This document shows positions 10,212 through 20,000 of a stretch of 64,000 bases of DNA, in pieces. The DNA is taken from contig JAGBLF010000023.1 of the NCBI GenBank assembly GCA_017635595.1, positions 8,398 through 72,397 on the forward strand. Direction: 5' to 3'. The DNA comes from Alphaproteobacteria bacterium (lineage in GTDB: Bacteria > Pseudomonadota > Alphaproteobacteria > RF32 > CAG-239). Made by a program: the position numbers and the translations under genes. Under the pieces are notes generated by a model. The model did no database searches, had not been told where the DNA came from, and saw only the letters and a list, made by a program, of their open reading frames with translations. Position 1 is the stretch's first letter; each line of letters opens with the position of its first letter.

Positions 10212-10947
10212 TTTTACGCCACTTGAGGCGGCATTCGGCAAGTTCTTGTCCGCTGTTTTTGTCTTTAATGATGTGTGTGCTTTCATTATCCTGCATATCG
10301 CAATAAACCGCAACCGACTCGCCGTACAAAGCCTCTTTCTTAAAACACACTTCAACAGCTGCAACCGTATGCGACATACGATACGCACTGTCAACACTTT
10401 CACTGGCCCAAAGCAAATAAACGGCATTATTCACATGATTATTGACGTCTATGTCATCAAAGCGAACCTTAAATTCTGTAACAGTTTTACCTTCGGTGGC
10501 TTCAATTTTCGGAAAATCGGTATCAATGGTACGCTCCGGCAGAAACTTATACTCCGGAAAATATTTTTTCAAAAGCACCGGCCGACGAAGTTCATAGTTA
10601 ATCAGAACCCACTGACTACTGGCTTTTACGATATCATTTCCTTGACTGTCTTTAATAACAAAGTCACGTATGGCTCCCCAGAGCTTTCCCGTAGCCGGCC
10701 ACGTTTCAATGGTAATGTGCTCGTCTATTTTAGGCAATCTGGTAATTTGAATCACATAATTTGAGCCTACCCAGGCTAAATTTTGCTCTCGGCAGGCTTC
10801 AAACCCAAAGCCCAAATACTGCGCATTTTCGACCGCTATATCCTGCAGCCAATTCAATAATGTCAATATGCGCAAAAAGCCATGACAATCGGCTTCATAG
10901 CTTTTTACAACATATTCTTTTTTATATTTTGAAATTTCGGTAACCAT
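10201..10947 (-). CDS. Acyl-ACP thioesterase (double hot-dog fold)
   Basis: KEYVVKSYEADCHGFLRILTLLNWLQDIAVENA and the second-half motifs are typical of the FatA/B-type acyl-ACP thioesterase family. The upstream GTG-extended ORF would overlap the SLT gene, so the internal ATG at 10947 is preferred. Confidence 0.6.
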   Translation of the reverse strand: MVTEISKYKKEYVVKSYEADCHGFLRILTLLNWLQDIAVENAQYLGFGFEACREQNLAWVGSNYVIQITRLPKIDEHITIETWPATGKLWGAIRDFVIKDSQGNDIVKASSQWVLINYELRRPVLLKKYFPEYKFLPERTIDTDFPKIEATEGKTVTEFKVRFDDIDVNNHVNNAVYLLWASESVDSAYRMSHTVAAVEVCFKKEALYGESVAVYCDMQDNESTHIIKDKNSGQELAECRLKWRKITS

Positions 10948-10951
10948 TGAG

Positions 10952-11560
10952 TTAAAACAACTCTTTACCTTGTGACAAACCGGCAACTTTATAAGTCTCA
11001 AAACGTCGTTCCAAACGTTTGGTATAAATTTCACCTTCTATCGGATTACCGGAATGGTAGCGTTTAGCGGCCTTTCTCCAGTTATTACCGCTCTTTGAAT
11101 ACAGCGAGCGCAAAAATTTAGCGCCGTATTTCAGATTTTGCTCCGGATCAATCGCTTCATCTACCGAAGAAAAGGCCTGACCGTGATATTTCAAATTAAT
11201 CTGCATACAGCCGACATCAATGCTAGTCACACCTTCAGCCTGATATTTTTTCACTGCCGCGATAGCTTCTTCTTTAGACGGAAAGTAATAACCTTTCCCG
11301 TTAACATTGATTGTCCAAGGCCAAGCAACGTACATATTTTGTAAGTTATCCCATTTGCCGCTCTCAACTGCAGAAATAGTTTGCAGCAAATCATAATTAA
11401 CGCCAAATTCGACACCGGCTTTTTTTGCGGCTACCGAACAAAGAGCACTACCAATCATTTGCTCTTTTACTGGCAAAATGTCAGTTTCCTCATTAGCATA
11501 AATAGCATTGCTGAACAGCACCAGAGCACTGACAAGTGTTAAACTGAATTTATTAAACAC
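10952..11560 (-). CDS. Secreted lysozyme-like / lytic transglycosylase (SLT domain)
   Basis: N-terminal signal peptide. Catalytic-Glu motif LLQTISAVESGKW and AWPWTINVNGKGYYF are typical of SLT-domain transglycosylases. Confidence 0.6.
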   Translation of the reverse strand: MFNKFSLTLVSALVLFSNAIYANEETDILPVKEQMIGSALCSVAAKKAGVEFGVNYDLLQTISAVESGKWDNLQNMYVAWPWTINVNGKGYYFPSKEEAIAAVKKYQAEGVTSIDVGCMQINLKYHGQAFSSVDEAIDPEQNLKYGAKFLRSLYSKSGNNWRKAAKRYHSGNPIEGEIYTKRLERRFETYKVAGLSQGKELF

Positions 11561-11859
11561 GACGACGTGTCACCCTACAATACCGCTGACCGACAATGCG
11601 TTTCCCATCTTTTAAGAATTTCCACACATCTTGCAACTCAATGCCGCCAAATCATGCGGTGTTAACCCTGTTTAAGCGAATTTTAAAAATAATTAACAAT
11701 TCCTTAAACATGGAGTCATATAGCACGGCTTTTTCAAAAAATCCAGTAAAAAGAGTCTTTTATTCCATATTTTAGCCGAAAAATTTGTGTAACTAATTGT
11801 TTTTCATACATTTATTAATTTAAAAAAAATCCGTTTTCAGAGTAACTTTATAATAAAAC

Positions 11860-11887
11860 TTGAAATTTCTTTGAAAACATATATAAT
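11860..11887 (+). promoter_or_regulatory. Sigma70-like promoter (TTGAAA-16-TATAAT) for ssrA
   Basis: -35 TTGAAA at 11860-11865, -10 TATAAT at 11882-11887, about 8 nt before the predicted tmRNA precursor start. Confidence 0.4.
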
Positions 11888-11894
11888 GTTTAAC

Positions 11895-12150
11895 GTCAAG
11901 TAATTGACTGTGACACCAGAGACCTTATGAAATAGGTACATTGGACCCGGGGGCAGTACCCGGCACCTCCACCATTTACGGGGGTGAGTCAGGTTTGACA
12001 GTGTATAGTAAAGATATGTGTTGTGTCCGGCAAGACACCACCGTTATCGGTTCAAAATAAATGAATGCAAATGATAATTTTGCACCGGTTGCCGTAGCTG
12101 CTTAAGCAAAAGCAACAAACTTTAATCCTTTGCGCTTTGGTTAGCACAAA
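11895..12150 (+). ncRNA. ssrA: Two-piece (circularly permuted) tmRNA gene: acceptor piece ending ...CACCUCCACCA (~11974), coding piece starting GGGGGUG (11980) with tag ORF 12067-12105
   Basis: ...CCGGCACCTCCACCA is followed 5 nt later by GGGGGTGAGTCAGGTTTGACAG, which resembles the tmRNA 5' end GGGGCUGAUUCUGGAUUCGAC. The two segments form the acceptor stem GGGGGUG/CACCUCC. The internal reading frame GCA AAT GAT AAT TTT GCA CCG GTT GCC GTA GCT GCT TAA gives ANDNFAPVAVAA*, a canonical alphaproteobacterial proteolysis tag. Confidence 0.7.
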
Positions 12151-12202
12151 GTGGGGAATGAGCCACCCAGCAACAGAACGGCTCATTTTACATACAGCGA
12201 GA

Positions 12203-12670
12203 ATGACAATGGTTAAATATATTGATGAAATGAACTATGATGAATTGGTGGAAAAATCTCTGCGCAATGTGGTCTATTATGCCTTAAAAATTGTTGAAGA
12301 ACAGGGGTTGCCGGGTGAGAATCATTTTTACATTACCTTTCGCACCGATTTTCCGGGAACAATAATTTCCAAAAACCTTAAAATTCAGTATCCGGAAAGT
12401 ATGACCATCGTTTTACAAAACCAGTTTGAAAACTTAACCGTTCGCCACAACAGTTTTTCGGTTGATTTGAGCTTCGGCGGTATTCCTCAGACAATTACGG
12501 TTCCGTATGATGCCATCACTTATTTTGCCGATCCGTACGCCAAATTCGGCCTGAGTTTTGAACCGGAAAATTATGAAGCCAGTATTGCTGAACCGCATGC
12601 CCAAATTATTCCGGCCGAAACCGCAAACAAAGCCGAGGTTATATCCATCGACAGCTATTTGAAAAAATAA
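12203..12670 (+). CDS. sspB: ClpXP adaptor SspB (alpha-type)
   Basis: MVKYIDEMNYDELVEKSLRNVVYYALKIV..., sitting immediately downstream of ssrA as in Caulobacter. The ORF-track start at 12137 runs into the tmRNA and is rejected in favour of the internal Met. Confidence 0.6.
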   Translation: MTMVKYIDEMNYDELVEKSLRNVVYYALKIVEEQGLPGENHFYITFRTDFPGTIISKNLKIQYPESMTIVLQNQFENLTVRHNSFSVDLSFGGIPQTITVPYDAITYFADPYAKFGLSFEPENYEASIAEPHAQIIPAETANKAEVISIDSYLKK

Positions 12671-12891
12671 TGATAAAAATTTCCGTACTAATTGCCAACA
12701 AACATGCCACAAGCATCAGCTTGGAAGAAGAGTTTTATACGGAATTACTGGCAATAGCTTCTGCGCAAAACCTGAGCTTAAATCAGCTCATCACACTGAT
12801 AGACAGCAACCGCACGCAGCCAAATTTATCAAGTGCGGTCAGAATTTATATTTTGAATTACTATAAACAAAAATCAGCCGCGCCAAAATGA
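12670..12891 (+). CDS. Small putative ribbon-helix-helix DNA-binding protein
   Basis: 73 aa. A beta-strand (SISLEEEFYTELL) followed by a helix resembles the RHH arrangement. Translationally coupled to the sspB stop. Confidence 0.3.
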   Translation: MIKISVLIANKHATSISLEEEFYTELLAIASAQNLSLNQLITLIDSNRTQPNLSSAVRIYILNYYKQKSAAPK

Positions 12892-14310
12892 TTTTGACAA
12901 TAAGACCAAAATCGTTATAATTTCCAACCGACCGAGCAACATGGCAAAGCACAGAATTGCTTTAATTTCATCGGCAAAAAAAGCATAATTACCGGACGGA
13001 CCGATAACATCTACCGCACCTACACCGACATTGGTAATACACGCCGAGACACAGGCTATCGCCGTTTTAAAGTCAATGCCGCAAGCGCTGACCGCCAAAG
13101 TTAAGCCGACCAAACAGATAATAAACGAAAACATATAAACAAACACGGACATTGTTACTTTTTCCGACATATTTATCGAGCCGATTTTGAGCGGCACAAC
13201 CCGATACGGATCAATAGCCGAGATAATATATTTGCGCAAGAAGGCATAAACGACCTGCCAACGCAAAATCTTTATGGATCCGCCGGTCGAACCGGTACAG
13301 CCGCCAATCATAGATAAAAACAAAACAGTTGCCACTGTCCACCCGCCCCATTGCGTGTAATCAACATTACTCAAACCGGTTGTCGTTACAACGGCCGTTA
13401 CCGTAAAAATTCCGTATCGAACAGCCTCCAACAACGATTGATCGGACACAAAGTACAAATACGAGCAGAAAAACAAACTGAGCCAACCAAGCGTTTTCAA
13501 AAAAACGGCAACCTGTTTATTACGATCAGCTTCCATACGCCGCCACAGCAAAATATAAAAGGTCATCGGTATAGCACCGCAAATCATAAAAACGATTATT
13601 GCTGCGTCAACCAGCGCACTGTTAAAAGCGCCGACAGAAGCGTTTTTGGTTGAAAATCCACCGGTACCGATAGCCGACATGGCGTGATTAACGGCATCAA
13701 ACCACCCCATGCCGCAAGCAAATAATACCCCGGTTGCGATTCCCGTTAAGGCTAGGTACACAAACACGATACGCTTGGCAATATAGCTGAATTTAGGCAT
13801 AAATTTATCATTTGAATCCGAATTTTCGTGCTGAAAGATCTGCATACCACCGATACCTAAAAACGGTAACAATGCCACTGCGAAAATGACGACACCCAAA
13901 CCGCCGATATAGTTCAAAAGCGAGCGCCACAGCAATACAGAATGCGGTAAACTTTCGACATCGGTCATAATCGTTGCACCGGTGCCGGTAATTCCGGATG
14001 TTGCCTCAAAAACCGCATCCGTAATACTCGGAACACTATGGTGTAAAACAAACGGCACTGCCGAAAACAAGCAAACAACAAGCCAGCTCATACCGGTAAT
14101 CAAAAAGCCTTGTTTAAGCGTAATACGCTCAATTTTTGTATAGCTGGAAAGAAAAAGTGCCACCCCGAAAAACATGGTAATCAGCGAAGATACGATAAAC
14201 GGCGTGCCCAACTTTGACGTTTCCGAAATATCAAATCCGGCCGGTACAAGCATAACCAGTCCTAAAATACATAAGACATAGCCGCTTATCATAAATGTTG
14301 ATTGCCACAT
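12874..14310 (-). CDS. trkH: TrkH/KtrB-family potassium uptake protein
   Basis: Repeated M-P-M pore modules and conserved TrkH glycine motifs (GFSTKNASVGAFNSALVDAAIIVFMICGAIP). Confidence 0.85.
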   Translation of the reverse strand: MWQSTFMISGYVLCILGLVMLVPAGFDISETSKLGTPFIVSSLITMFFGVALFLSSYTKIERITLKQGFLITGMSWLVVCLFSAVPFVLHHSVPSITDAVFEATSGITGTGATIMTDVESLPHSVLLWRSLLNYIGGLGVVIFAVALLPFLGIGGMQIFQHENSDSNDKFMPKFSYIAKRIVFVYLALTGIATGVLFACGMGWFDAVNHAMSAIGTGGFSTKNASVGAFNSALVDAAIIVFMICGAIPMTFYILLWRRMEADRNKQVAVFLKTLGWLSLFFCSYLYFVSDQSLLEAVRYGIFTVTAVVTTTGLSNVDYTQWGGWTVATVLFLSMIGGCTGSTGGSIKILRWQVVYAFLRKYIISAIDPYRVVPLKIGSINMSEKVTMSVFVYMFSFIICLVGLTLAVSACGIDFKTAIACVSACITNVGVGAVDVIGPSGNYAFFADEIKAILCFAMLLGRLEIITILVLLSKSFWRG

Positions 14311-14323
14311 GATGTTTCCTTTA

Positions 14324-15241
14324 TTATTTCAGGGCAACATTAGCGGCCAGATTCTGATCGACCATAGCTTTATTAATGAACACATCACCCACAAAGCACA
14401 AAGCCGTCGCACTTTGTGTCTGCACGGTATACGCAACAATATCGCAACGGATTTTACGTCCCTCGGTCAAAGATGTTAAATAAGCTCTTGCCTGTTCTTC
14501 ATCATAATGACGAGGATCAGTATAAATACCGTAAAGATAAATATATGTATTATTGATATACAAATCATTTGCCTTAACAACATCGGCAACATCAAACAAT
14601 ACTTCAGGGGCATCTACATAGGCCAAATCCTGATTTTTAAGTTTTTGATAGTATTGAGATAAATCACCGACTTCCGGCATAACATCCGCATCAACCTCTG
14701 CCGTTTCATTTGAAACCGGCGCGTTAAGTGCCATATTTACGGCAGCAACAGCCGTATCATTTTTACGTTCCTGAGTTTCATTTTTCAGTTTTTCAAAAGC
14801 TTTCATATTTTCAATCGCGGAATTTTTGGCTTTTTTCTTCGGTTGATACTTGGCTTTCTTAAATTGTGCGACATTCCACGACACAAAACGCGGCTCATTA
14901 TCTTCCTTATCTGCCGCAACCGGTGCCGATGCACCGCCCGGTATTATGCCCTGAATTTTTTGCTTAACCGATGTAATTTTAGAATCAACCTTGGTTTTAG
15001 CTTCATCTTTAATTTCAGCTATTTTCTTTGTCGGCAGCTTTTCTTGATACCAATTCCAAACCTCGTAAATTTTCACGCCCTGAAACATCGGGACGGCAAC
15101 GGCAACTGCCAATAAAAGTAATGTTACAAATAAAATCTGCCAAAACTTGCGGAACGGAAAAGTAATAAACATAACAAATCTATGCACCCATCCGAGCAAT
15201 CCGCTGATACGCATTTCAGCCCATTCGCTTTTTCCTGCCAT
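14324..15241 (-). CDS. Membrane-anchored protein with C-terminal SNase (thermonuclease)-like domain
   Basis: N-terminal TM. The C-terminal segment YINNTYIYLYGIYTDP...GRKIRCDIVAYTV...DQNLAANVALK resembles SNase motifs (GID-PE, YGR.LA.V, N..LV..GLA). Co-operonic with metG (3-nt overlap). Confidence 0.35.
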   Translation of the reverse strand: MAGKSEWAEMRISGLLGWVHRFVMFITFPFRKFWQILFVTLLLLAVAVAVPMFQGVKIYEVWNWYQEKLPTKKIAEIKDEAKTKVDSKITSVKQKIQGIIPGGASAPVAADKEDNEPRFVSWNVAQFKKAKYQPKKKAKNSAIENMKAFEKLKNETQERKNDTAVAAVNMALNAPVSNETAEVDADVMPEVGDLSQYYQKLKNQDLAYVDAPEVLFDVADVVKANDLYINNTYIYLYGIYTDPRHYDEEQARAYLTSLTEGRKIRCDIVAYTVQTQSATALCFVGDVFINKAMVDQNLAANVALK

Positions 15242-15243
15242 TG

Positions 15244-16935
15244 CTAACCTCCGTATTTTTGTTGCATTTCAGCCGTTTTTTCCGGTGTAATTCTTTCAAA
15301 CAAAGCCTCACCGGTTTCAAATGGTGTTCCGGGTTTAAGAAAAGAGATTTCTTTTTCGATATCAAAGTCTTTAAGCGAAGGCATATCATTTGCCGTCAGG
15401 TTAAACTTAGCCATTATTTTGGCAGCCGTATCCGGCATTAACGGTGCCGACAAAACAGCATAGATGCGAACTAAGTTCAAACACAAACGCAAAATAGTTG
15501 CCGCACGTTTTTCATCGGTTTTAATCACCGACCACGGTTCGGTCGTTGAGATATAGTTGTTGCCTTCGACCCAAATTGCACGCAATTCATTGACGGCTTT
15601 ACGAAATTCCAAATCATTCATATACTTGAAATAATCTTTTACGCGTTGTTGTAAAGTTTTAATCAATTCTTTATCAACATCTTCCAAATCGCCGCCTTCC
15701 GGTACGACACTACCGAGTTTAGAGGCCGTCATTTTCATCACACGTTGGGCAAAATTACCCAACACGCCATTCAAATCTTTATTAATTGTGCCGACAAAGC
15801 TGTCAAACGTAAATGAAGAATCCGAACCTTCCGGCGCATTAGCCATCAGCCAATAGCGCCAATAATCGGCCGGAAATTCTTTAACGGCGTCATCGGCGAA
15901 TATACCGCGATGTTCCGATTTTGAAAATTTACCGCCTTCAAAAGTCAGATAGCTCATACCTTTTAAGTAATCGACCTTTGTCCAATTTTCACCGGTACCG
16001 AGCATGGTTGCCGGAAATGTAATGGAGTGGTACGGCACATTATCTTTACCCATAAATTCGACATAGCGAACATTTGCGGCATCCAACCACCAGTCTTTCC
16101 AATTTCTTTCTTCCGGCTTAGCATCGGACCATTGCTTGGAAATGCCGATATAACCGATTGGTGCATCAAACCAAACATAAAAAACTTTATCCTCAAAGCC
16201 TTCTTTATTTACCGGAAATCCCCACTTCAAATCGCGGGTAATGCAACGTGGCTGCAAGCCTTCTTTAAGCCATTTTTTAGCAATGGAATAAGCCACATCC
16301 GGCCAAAAAGCCTCTTTAGTTTTAAGCCATTCGGCCAATTTACCTTCAATTTTCGGCAAATTTAAAAACAGATGTTTGGTTTCACGAACTTCCAAATTAG
16401 TGCTGCCCGAAATTGTGCTGTGGGCATTAATCAAATCGGTCGGTTCAAGAACTTTTGTGCAATTTTCACACTGATCACCGCGTGCTTTTTCATAACCGCA
16501 GTGCGGACATGTGCCGGTAATAAAGCGATCGGCCAAAAACATTTTATCATCAACCGAATAAATCTGTTTCATAGTTTTTTCGGTAATAAAACCGTTTTTA
16601 TCGAGTTGTTCGAAAATATGGTATGTAATTTCTTTATTTTGTTCGCTTGAAGTACGTCCGAAATAGTCGAATGACAAATTAAAATCTTTATAAGTTTGGG
16701 CGTGACGAGCATGATATTTATCGCAATATTCCTGTACCGGCATATTTTCTTTCAAAGCACCTACTTCGGAAGCCGTACCGTGTTCATCGGTACCGCAGAT
16801 ATACAAAACCTCATTACCCGACATTCGCATATAACGGGCATAAACATCTGACGGCAACAAACAGCCGACCATATGTCCCAAATGCGGAACGCCGTTAATA
16901 TACGGTAATGCTGAAGTAATTAAGATTTTAGACAT
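15244..16935 (-). CDS. metG: Methionyl-tRNA synthetase
   Basis: Class I HIGH motif PYINGVPHLGH, KMSKS region and zinc knuckle CPHCGYEKARGDQCENC. Confidence 0.92.
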   Translation of the reverse strand: MSKILITSALPYINGVPHLGHMVGCLLPSDVYARYMRMSGNEVLYICGTDEHGTASEVGALKENMPVQEYCDKYHARHAQTYKDFNLSFDYFGRTSSEQNKEITYHIFEQLDKNGFITEKTMKQIYSVDDKMFLADRFITGTCPHCGYEKARGDQCENCTKVLEPTDLINAHSTISGSTNLEVRETKHLFLNLPKIEGKLAEWLKTKEAFWPDVAYSIAKKWLKEGLQPRCITRDLKWGFPVNKEGFEDKVFYVWFDAPIGYIGISKQWSDAKPEERNWKDWWLDAANVRYVEFMGKDNVPYHSITFPATMLGTGENWTKVDYLKGMSYLTFEGGKFSKSEHRGIFADDAVKEFPADYWRYWLMANAPEGSDSSFTFDSFVGTINKDLNGVLGNFAQRVMKMTASKLGSVVPEGGDLEDVDKELIKTLQQRVKDYFKYMNDLEFRKAVNELRAIWVEGNNYISTTEPWSVIKTDEKRAATILRLCLNLVRIYAVLSAPLMPDTAAKIMAKFNLTANDMPSLKDFDIEKEISFLKPGTPFETGEALFERITPEKTAEMQQKYGG

Positions 16936-17043
16936 ATCAAATAAACTCCCTTCGTTTAATTTACAACTGGTTGAAGTTTACAATATTTTATTTAATTCGC
17001 AACAAAAAAAGAATGGTTAAATAAGGATTTTGCACAGACTTTG

Positions 17044-17934
17044 CTATATAATTTCCGGTAGACGAATGTTTTGTGCCAAATTTATCACCGCACTGCTGAC
17101 ATCATCGGCAACGGCGGCAAAATCTTCATTAGGGCACAGCTTATCTTCATCGGCATACAAAGCGCGGTTAATTTCAAGCTGCAAAGTATAAATCTGCCGG
17201 CGCGGTTGACAGTAATTAAAAGTAATATAGGCGCCGGAATACGGACAGTTAAATTCAACGTTATAATTTCTGTCCCAAAATTGGCGGGCAAAGAAATCAC
17301 TCATTTCCTGCGGGCAGCTTTGACTAAACAAATTGCCCAGACAAATATCGATACCCGACCTGTCATCAATAATCGAACAAATTTTTGACGGCATCGAGTG
17401 ACAATCAAGCACCAAACAAAAACCGAATTTTTTAACGCATTTATTGATAATTTTCTGTAACTCTTTATGATAGACATCATAGAGATTGACTAAACGCTGC
17501 TCAACTTCGTGATAGTCGAGCAAACCTTTATAAATGCACTCACGCAGATAATTAATTCGGTGCACGACACCGAAACCGACACGACAATGTTTATCAAACA
17601 TAACATCCTTATCCTGCGGATAATTATAAAACATTGACGGATCCAATTCCAAACGATCGCGATTAAGGTCAATAAACGTCCGCGTCACCAGCATTTTTAT
17701 CATCGGGATACCGGCATTAATTGCGTTTTCAAGCAGCGCATCAACAAGTATATCTTCATTCCGGCGCAGTGTTTTTTCATCACAGGTAACCTGCTCTAAA
17801 AACTCCGGCGGAAAAAATGTCCCGCTGTGCGGTATAGACAGTATCAACGGATACATCGGCTTATCCGTGTTAAAAACATCAAACACGGGAATTTTGGTAT
17901 AATCAACCTTAAAATCCAATTTATTTTCTGCCAT
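17044..17934 (-). CDS. N-formylglutamate amidohydrolase-family protein
   Basis: Family motifs LSIPHSGTFFPPEF and DLNRDR. Start moved to MAENKLDF (ATG 17934), since the upstream extension is basic and low-complexity. Confidence 0.55.
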   Translation of the reverse strand: MAENKLDFKVDYTKIPVFDVFNTDKPMYPLILSIPHSGTFFPPEFLEQVTCDEKTLRRNEDILVDALLENAINAGIPMIKMLVTRTFIDLNRDRLELDPSMFYNYPQDKDVMFDKHCRVGFGVVHRINYLRECIYKGLLDYHEVEQRLVNLYDVYHKELQKIINKCVKKFGFCLVLDCHSMPSKICSIIDDRSGIDICLGNLFSQSCPQEMSDFFARQFWDRNYNVEFNCPYSGAYITFNYCQPRRQIYTLQLEINRALYADEDKLCPNEDFAAVADDVSSAVINLAQNIRLPEII

Positions 17935-18616
17935 ATTCCCCTGCTTTTCTTCTTTTAGCTGCTGACTTATTATTCGACTTGCGCACCGCAGTTTCTGTAC
18001 TGCGTTTCGGTGCGGCTTTTGCGGCTTGCAAACGTGCTGCCCGTTTTCTCTTGGTAGATTTTTTCTCAACCGACCAGCCGAATTTGCCGATTTGTTTGCC
18101 TAAAGCATAATAAAATCCGTGGGCATAAGCCAATAAACCGGCTTTACTTAAATCTAAGGCCTGTGCCTCGTTAAGATATGTATCATCAATATCGACAGCC
18201 ACGACTTCGGCCAAAAACATATCGTGTGTTCCGTAAGATTTTATTTCTTTAACGCGACATTCAAGAGAAATCGGTGCTTCCAAAACTTGCGGTGCCGAAA
18301 CTTTATCGCATGGTGCCGGCGTTATTTTTGCCAAAGTAAATTTATCGACTTGTCTGCCGCTTTTGACACCGCATAAATCAACCGCTTTTGCCAACTTTAC
18401 CGTCGGTACGTTAATCACAAATTCTTTTGTTTCTCTTATAAGCTGATTGCTGTAACGCGATGGTCTTATAGACACATAGGTTAGTGTCGGCTCCGTACAC
18501 ACTATACCCGTCCAGGCCGCCGTCATAACGTTCGGTTTATCCGTTGTACCGCACGAAATAAGCGCCGGTGGCAGCGGTGCCAACATTGTTCCCGATTTCC
18601 ACGTTACTTTAGCCAT
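17921..18616 (-). CDS. Flavin-reductase-like (FMN-binding split-barrel) domain protein with Lys/Ala-rich histone-H1-like C-terminal tail
   Basis: Flavin_Reduct-like core (MAKVTWKSG...ISCGTTDKPNVMTAAWTG). The C-terminal ~50 aa, KKSTKRKRAARLQAAKAAPKRSTETAVRKSNNKSAAKRRKAGEYGRK, is strongly basic. Confidence 0.5.
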   Translation of the reverse strand: MAKVTWKSGTMLAPLPPALISCGTTDKPNVMTAAWTGIVCTEPTLTYVSIRPSRYSNQLIRETKEFVINVPTVKLAKAVDLCGVKSGRQVDKFTLAKITPAPCDKVSAPQVLEAPISLECRVKEIKSYGTHDMFLAEVVAVDIDDTYLNEAQALDLSKAGLLAYAHGFYYALGKQIGKFGWSVEKKSTKRKRAARLQAAKAAPKRSTETAVRKSNNKSAAKRRKAGEYGRK

Positions 18617-18783
18617 GACATACTCTGTAATATTAAAAAACAAGTCGAGTATACACATTAAATTCGGTTTCGTCAAGTCCTGCACTTCATCACCGACATT
18701 GAACACAAATAATAGTCTGATAAGTTGTAAAATATCGTTGTAAAAAATCCGTAACCGACTAATCTGACCGTAGGAGAAAATAA

Positions 18784-19032
18784 ATGAAAGAAATTGATTT
18801 CAGCAAAATAACTTTTGAAGACGCACTTATACAACTTGAAAGTATTGTCCGTGAGTTGGAAAGCGGCCGCATTAAACTTGATGATGCCGTTGAAGCTTAC
18901 GAAAAAGCCGTCAGTTTAAAAAAATTCTGTGAAGAAAAATTGAAAGCCGCTCAGCTGAAAATTGAAAAAATTAATATTTCTCCGGATGGTGAAATATCAA
19001 CTGAACCCCTTGATAAAATTGAAGAAAACTAA
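18784..19032 (+). CDS. xseB: Exodeoxyribonuclease VII small subunit
   Basis: FEDALIQLESIVRELESGRIKLDDAVEAYEKAVSLKKFCEEKL is canonical XseB. RBS GGAGAAAATAAATG. Confidence 0.85.
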   Translation: MKEIDFSKITFEDALIQLESIVRELESGRIKLDDAVEAYEKAVSLKKFCEEKLKAAQLKIEKINISPDGEISTEPLDKIEEN

Positions 19033-19928
19033 TGATAGATATTAAAACCGAACTTTCTGAATTTTCCAAAAAATTCAATACGGATTTGGCTACTTGTTTT
19101 CCTTTACCGGACGGTGCCGAAAAACGTGTGATTGAGGCCATGGCTTATTCGGTTATGAATGGCGGCAAGCGGTTACGCCCGTACTTGGTTTGCGAATGCG
19201 CCGGCCTGTTTGGGGTTGACTATAAAACAGCTTTTCCGGCCGCCGCTTCACTTGAAATGCTGCATTCATACTCCCTGATTCATGATGACCTGCCGGCTAT
19301 GGATAATGATGATTTGCGCCGCGGTAAACCGACCTGCCATAAAAAATTTGATGAAGCCACTGCCATTTTAGCCGGAGATGGTTTATTGACTTATGCCTTT
19401 GAATATTTATCACACAGTCTCGAAATCGCACCGGATGTCCGCTTGACTTTAATTCAGTTACTGTCTTCGGCCGCCGGAGCGTTCGGCGGCATGGTCAGCG
19501 GCCAAACGCTTGATATTTATGCTGTGCCGACAGGTTCCGTTCAAGCCGATGAGGATATCATCTCACGCTTAGAACAAATGAAAACCGGACGTCTGCTGCG
19601 TTATGCCTGTGAAGCCGGAGCCGTTTTGGGTAAGGCTTCGGTTCAAGAAAGACAAATTTTGATATCGTATGCCCGCAAAATCGGTCAAGCCTTCCAAATT
19701 GCCGACGACATTCTCGACCGTGAAGGTGATCAAAAAATTGTCGGAAAAACACTGCATAAAGACGATTCGCAAAACAAATTTACCTTTGTATCATATTACG
19801 GTATTAAACCGGCACGTGAAAAAGCCCAAAAGTTAATAAATTCCGCTATTGAAGAGATATCATATTTTGGCGCTAAAGCCGCAAATTTGCAGAATCTCGC
19901 CCGCTACATAATCGAACGCAATTATTAA
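19032..19928 (+). CDS. ispA: Farnesyl-diphosphate (polyprenyl) synthase
   Basis: First and second Asp-rich motifs (LIHDDLPAMDNDDLRRGKPTCH, QIADDILD). Translationally coupled to xseB. Confidence 0.85.
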   Translation: MIDIKTELSEFSKKFNTDLATCFPLPDGAEKRVIEAMAYSVMNGGKRLRPYLVCECAGLFGVDYKTAFPAAASLEMLHSYSLIHDDLPAMDNDDLRRGKPTCHKKFDEATAILAGDGLLTYAFEYLSHSLEIAPDVRLTLIQLLSSAAGAFGGMVSGQTLDIYAVPTGSVQADEDIISRLEQMKTGRLLRYACEAGAVLGKASVQERQILISYARKIGQAFQIADDILDREGDQKIVGKTLHKDDSQNKFTFVSYYGIKPAREKAQKLINSAIEEISYFGAKAANLQNLARYIIERNY

Positions 19929-20000
19929 TAAAATTGTTGCATTTGTGTTAAAAATATGCTATATTTTACTCATAAGATATAATTATGAAGGAGGTGGAAT

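Noticed and set aside
12137-12202. N-terminal extension of the sspB ORF (MVSTKWGMSHPATERLILHTAR)
   Set aside because: It overlaps the 3' part of the tmRNA coding piece. The internal Met gives a protein that aligns with the SspB N-terminus.
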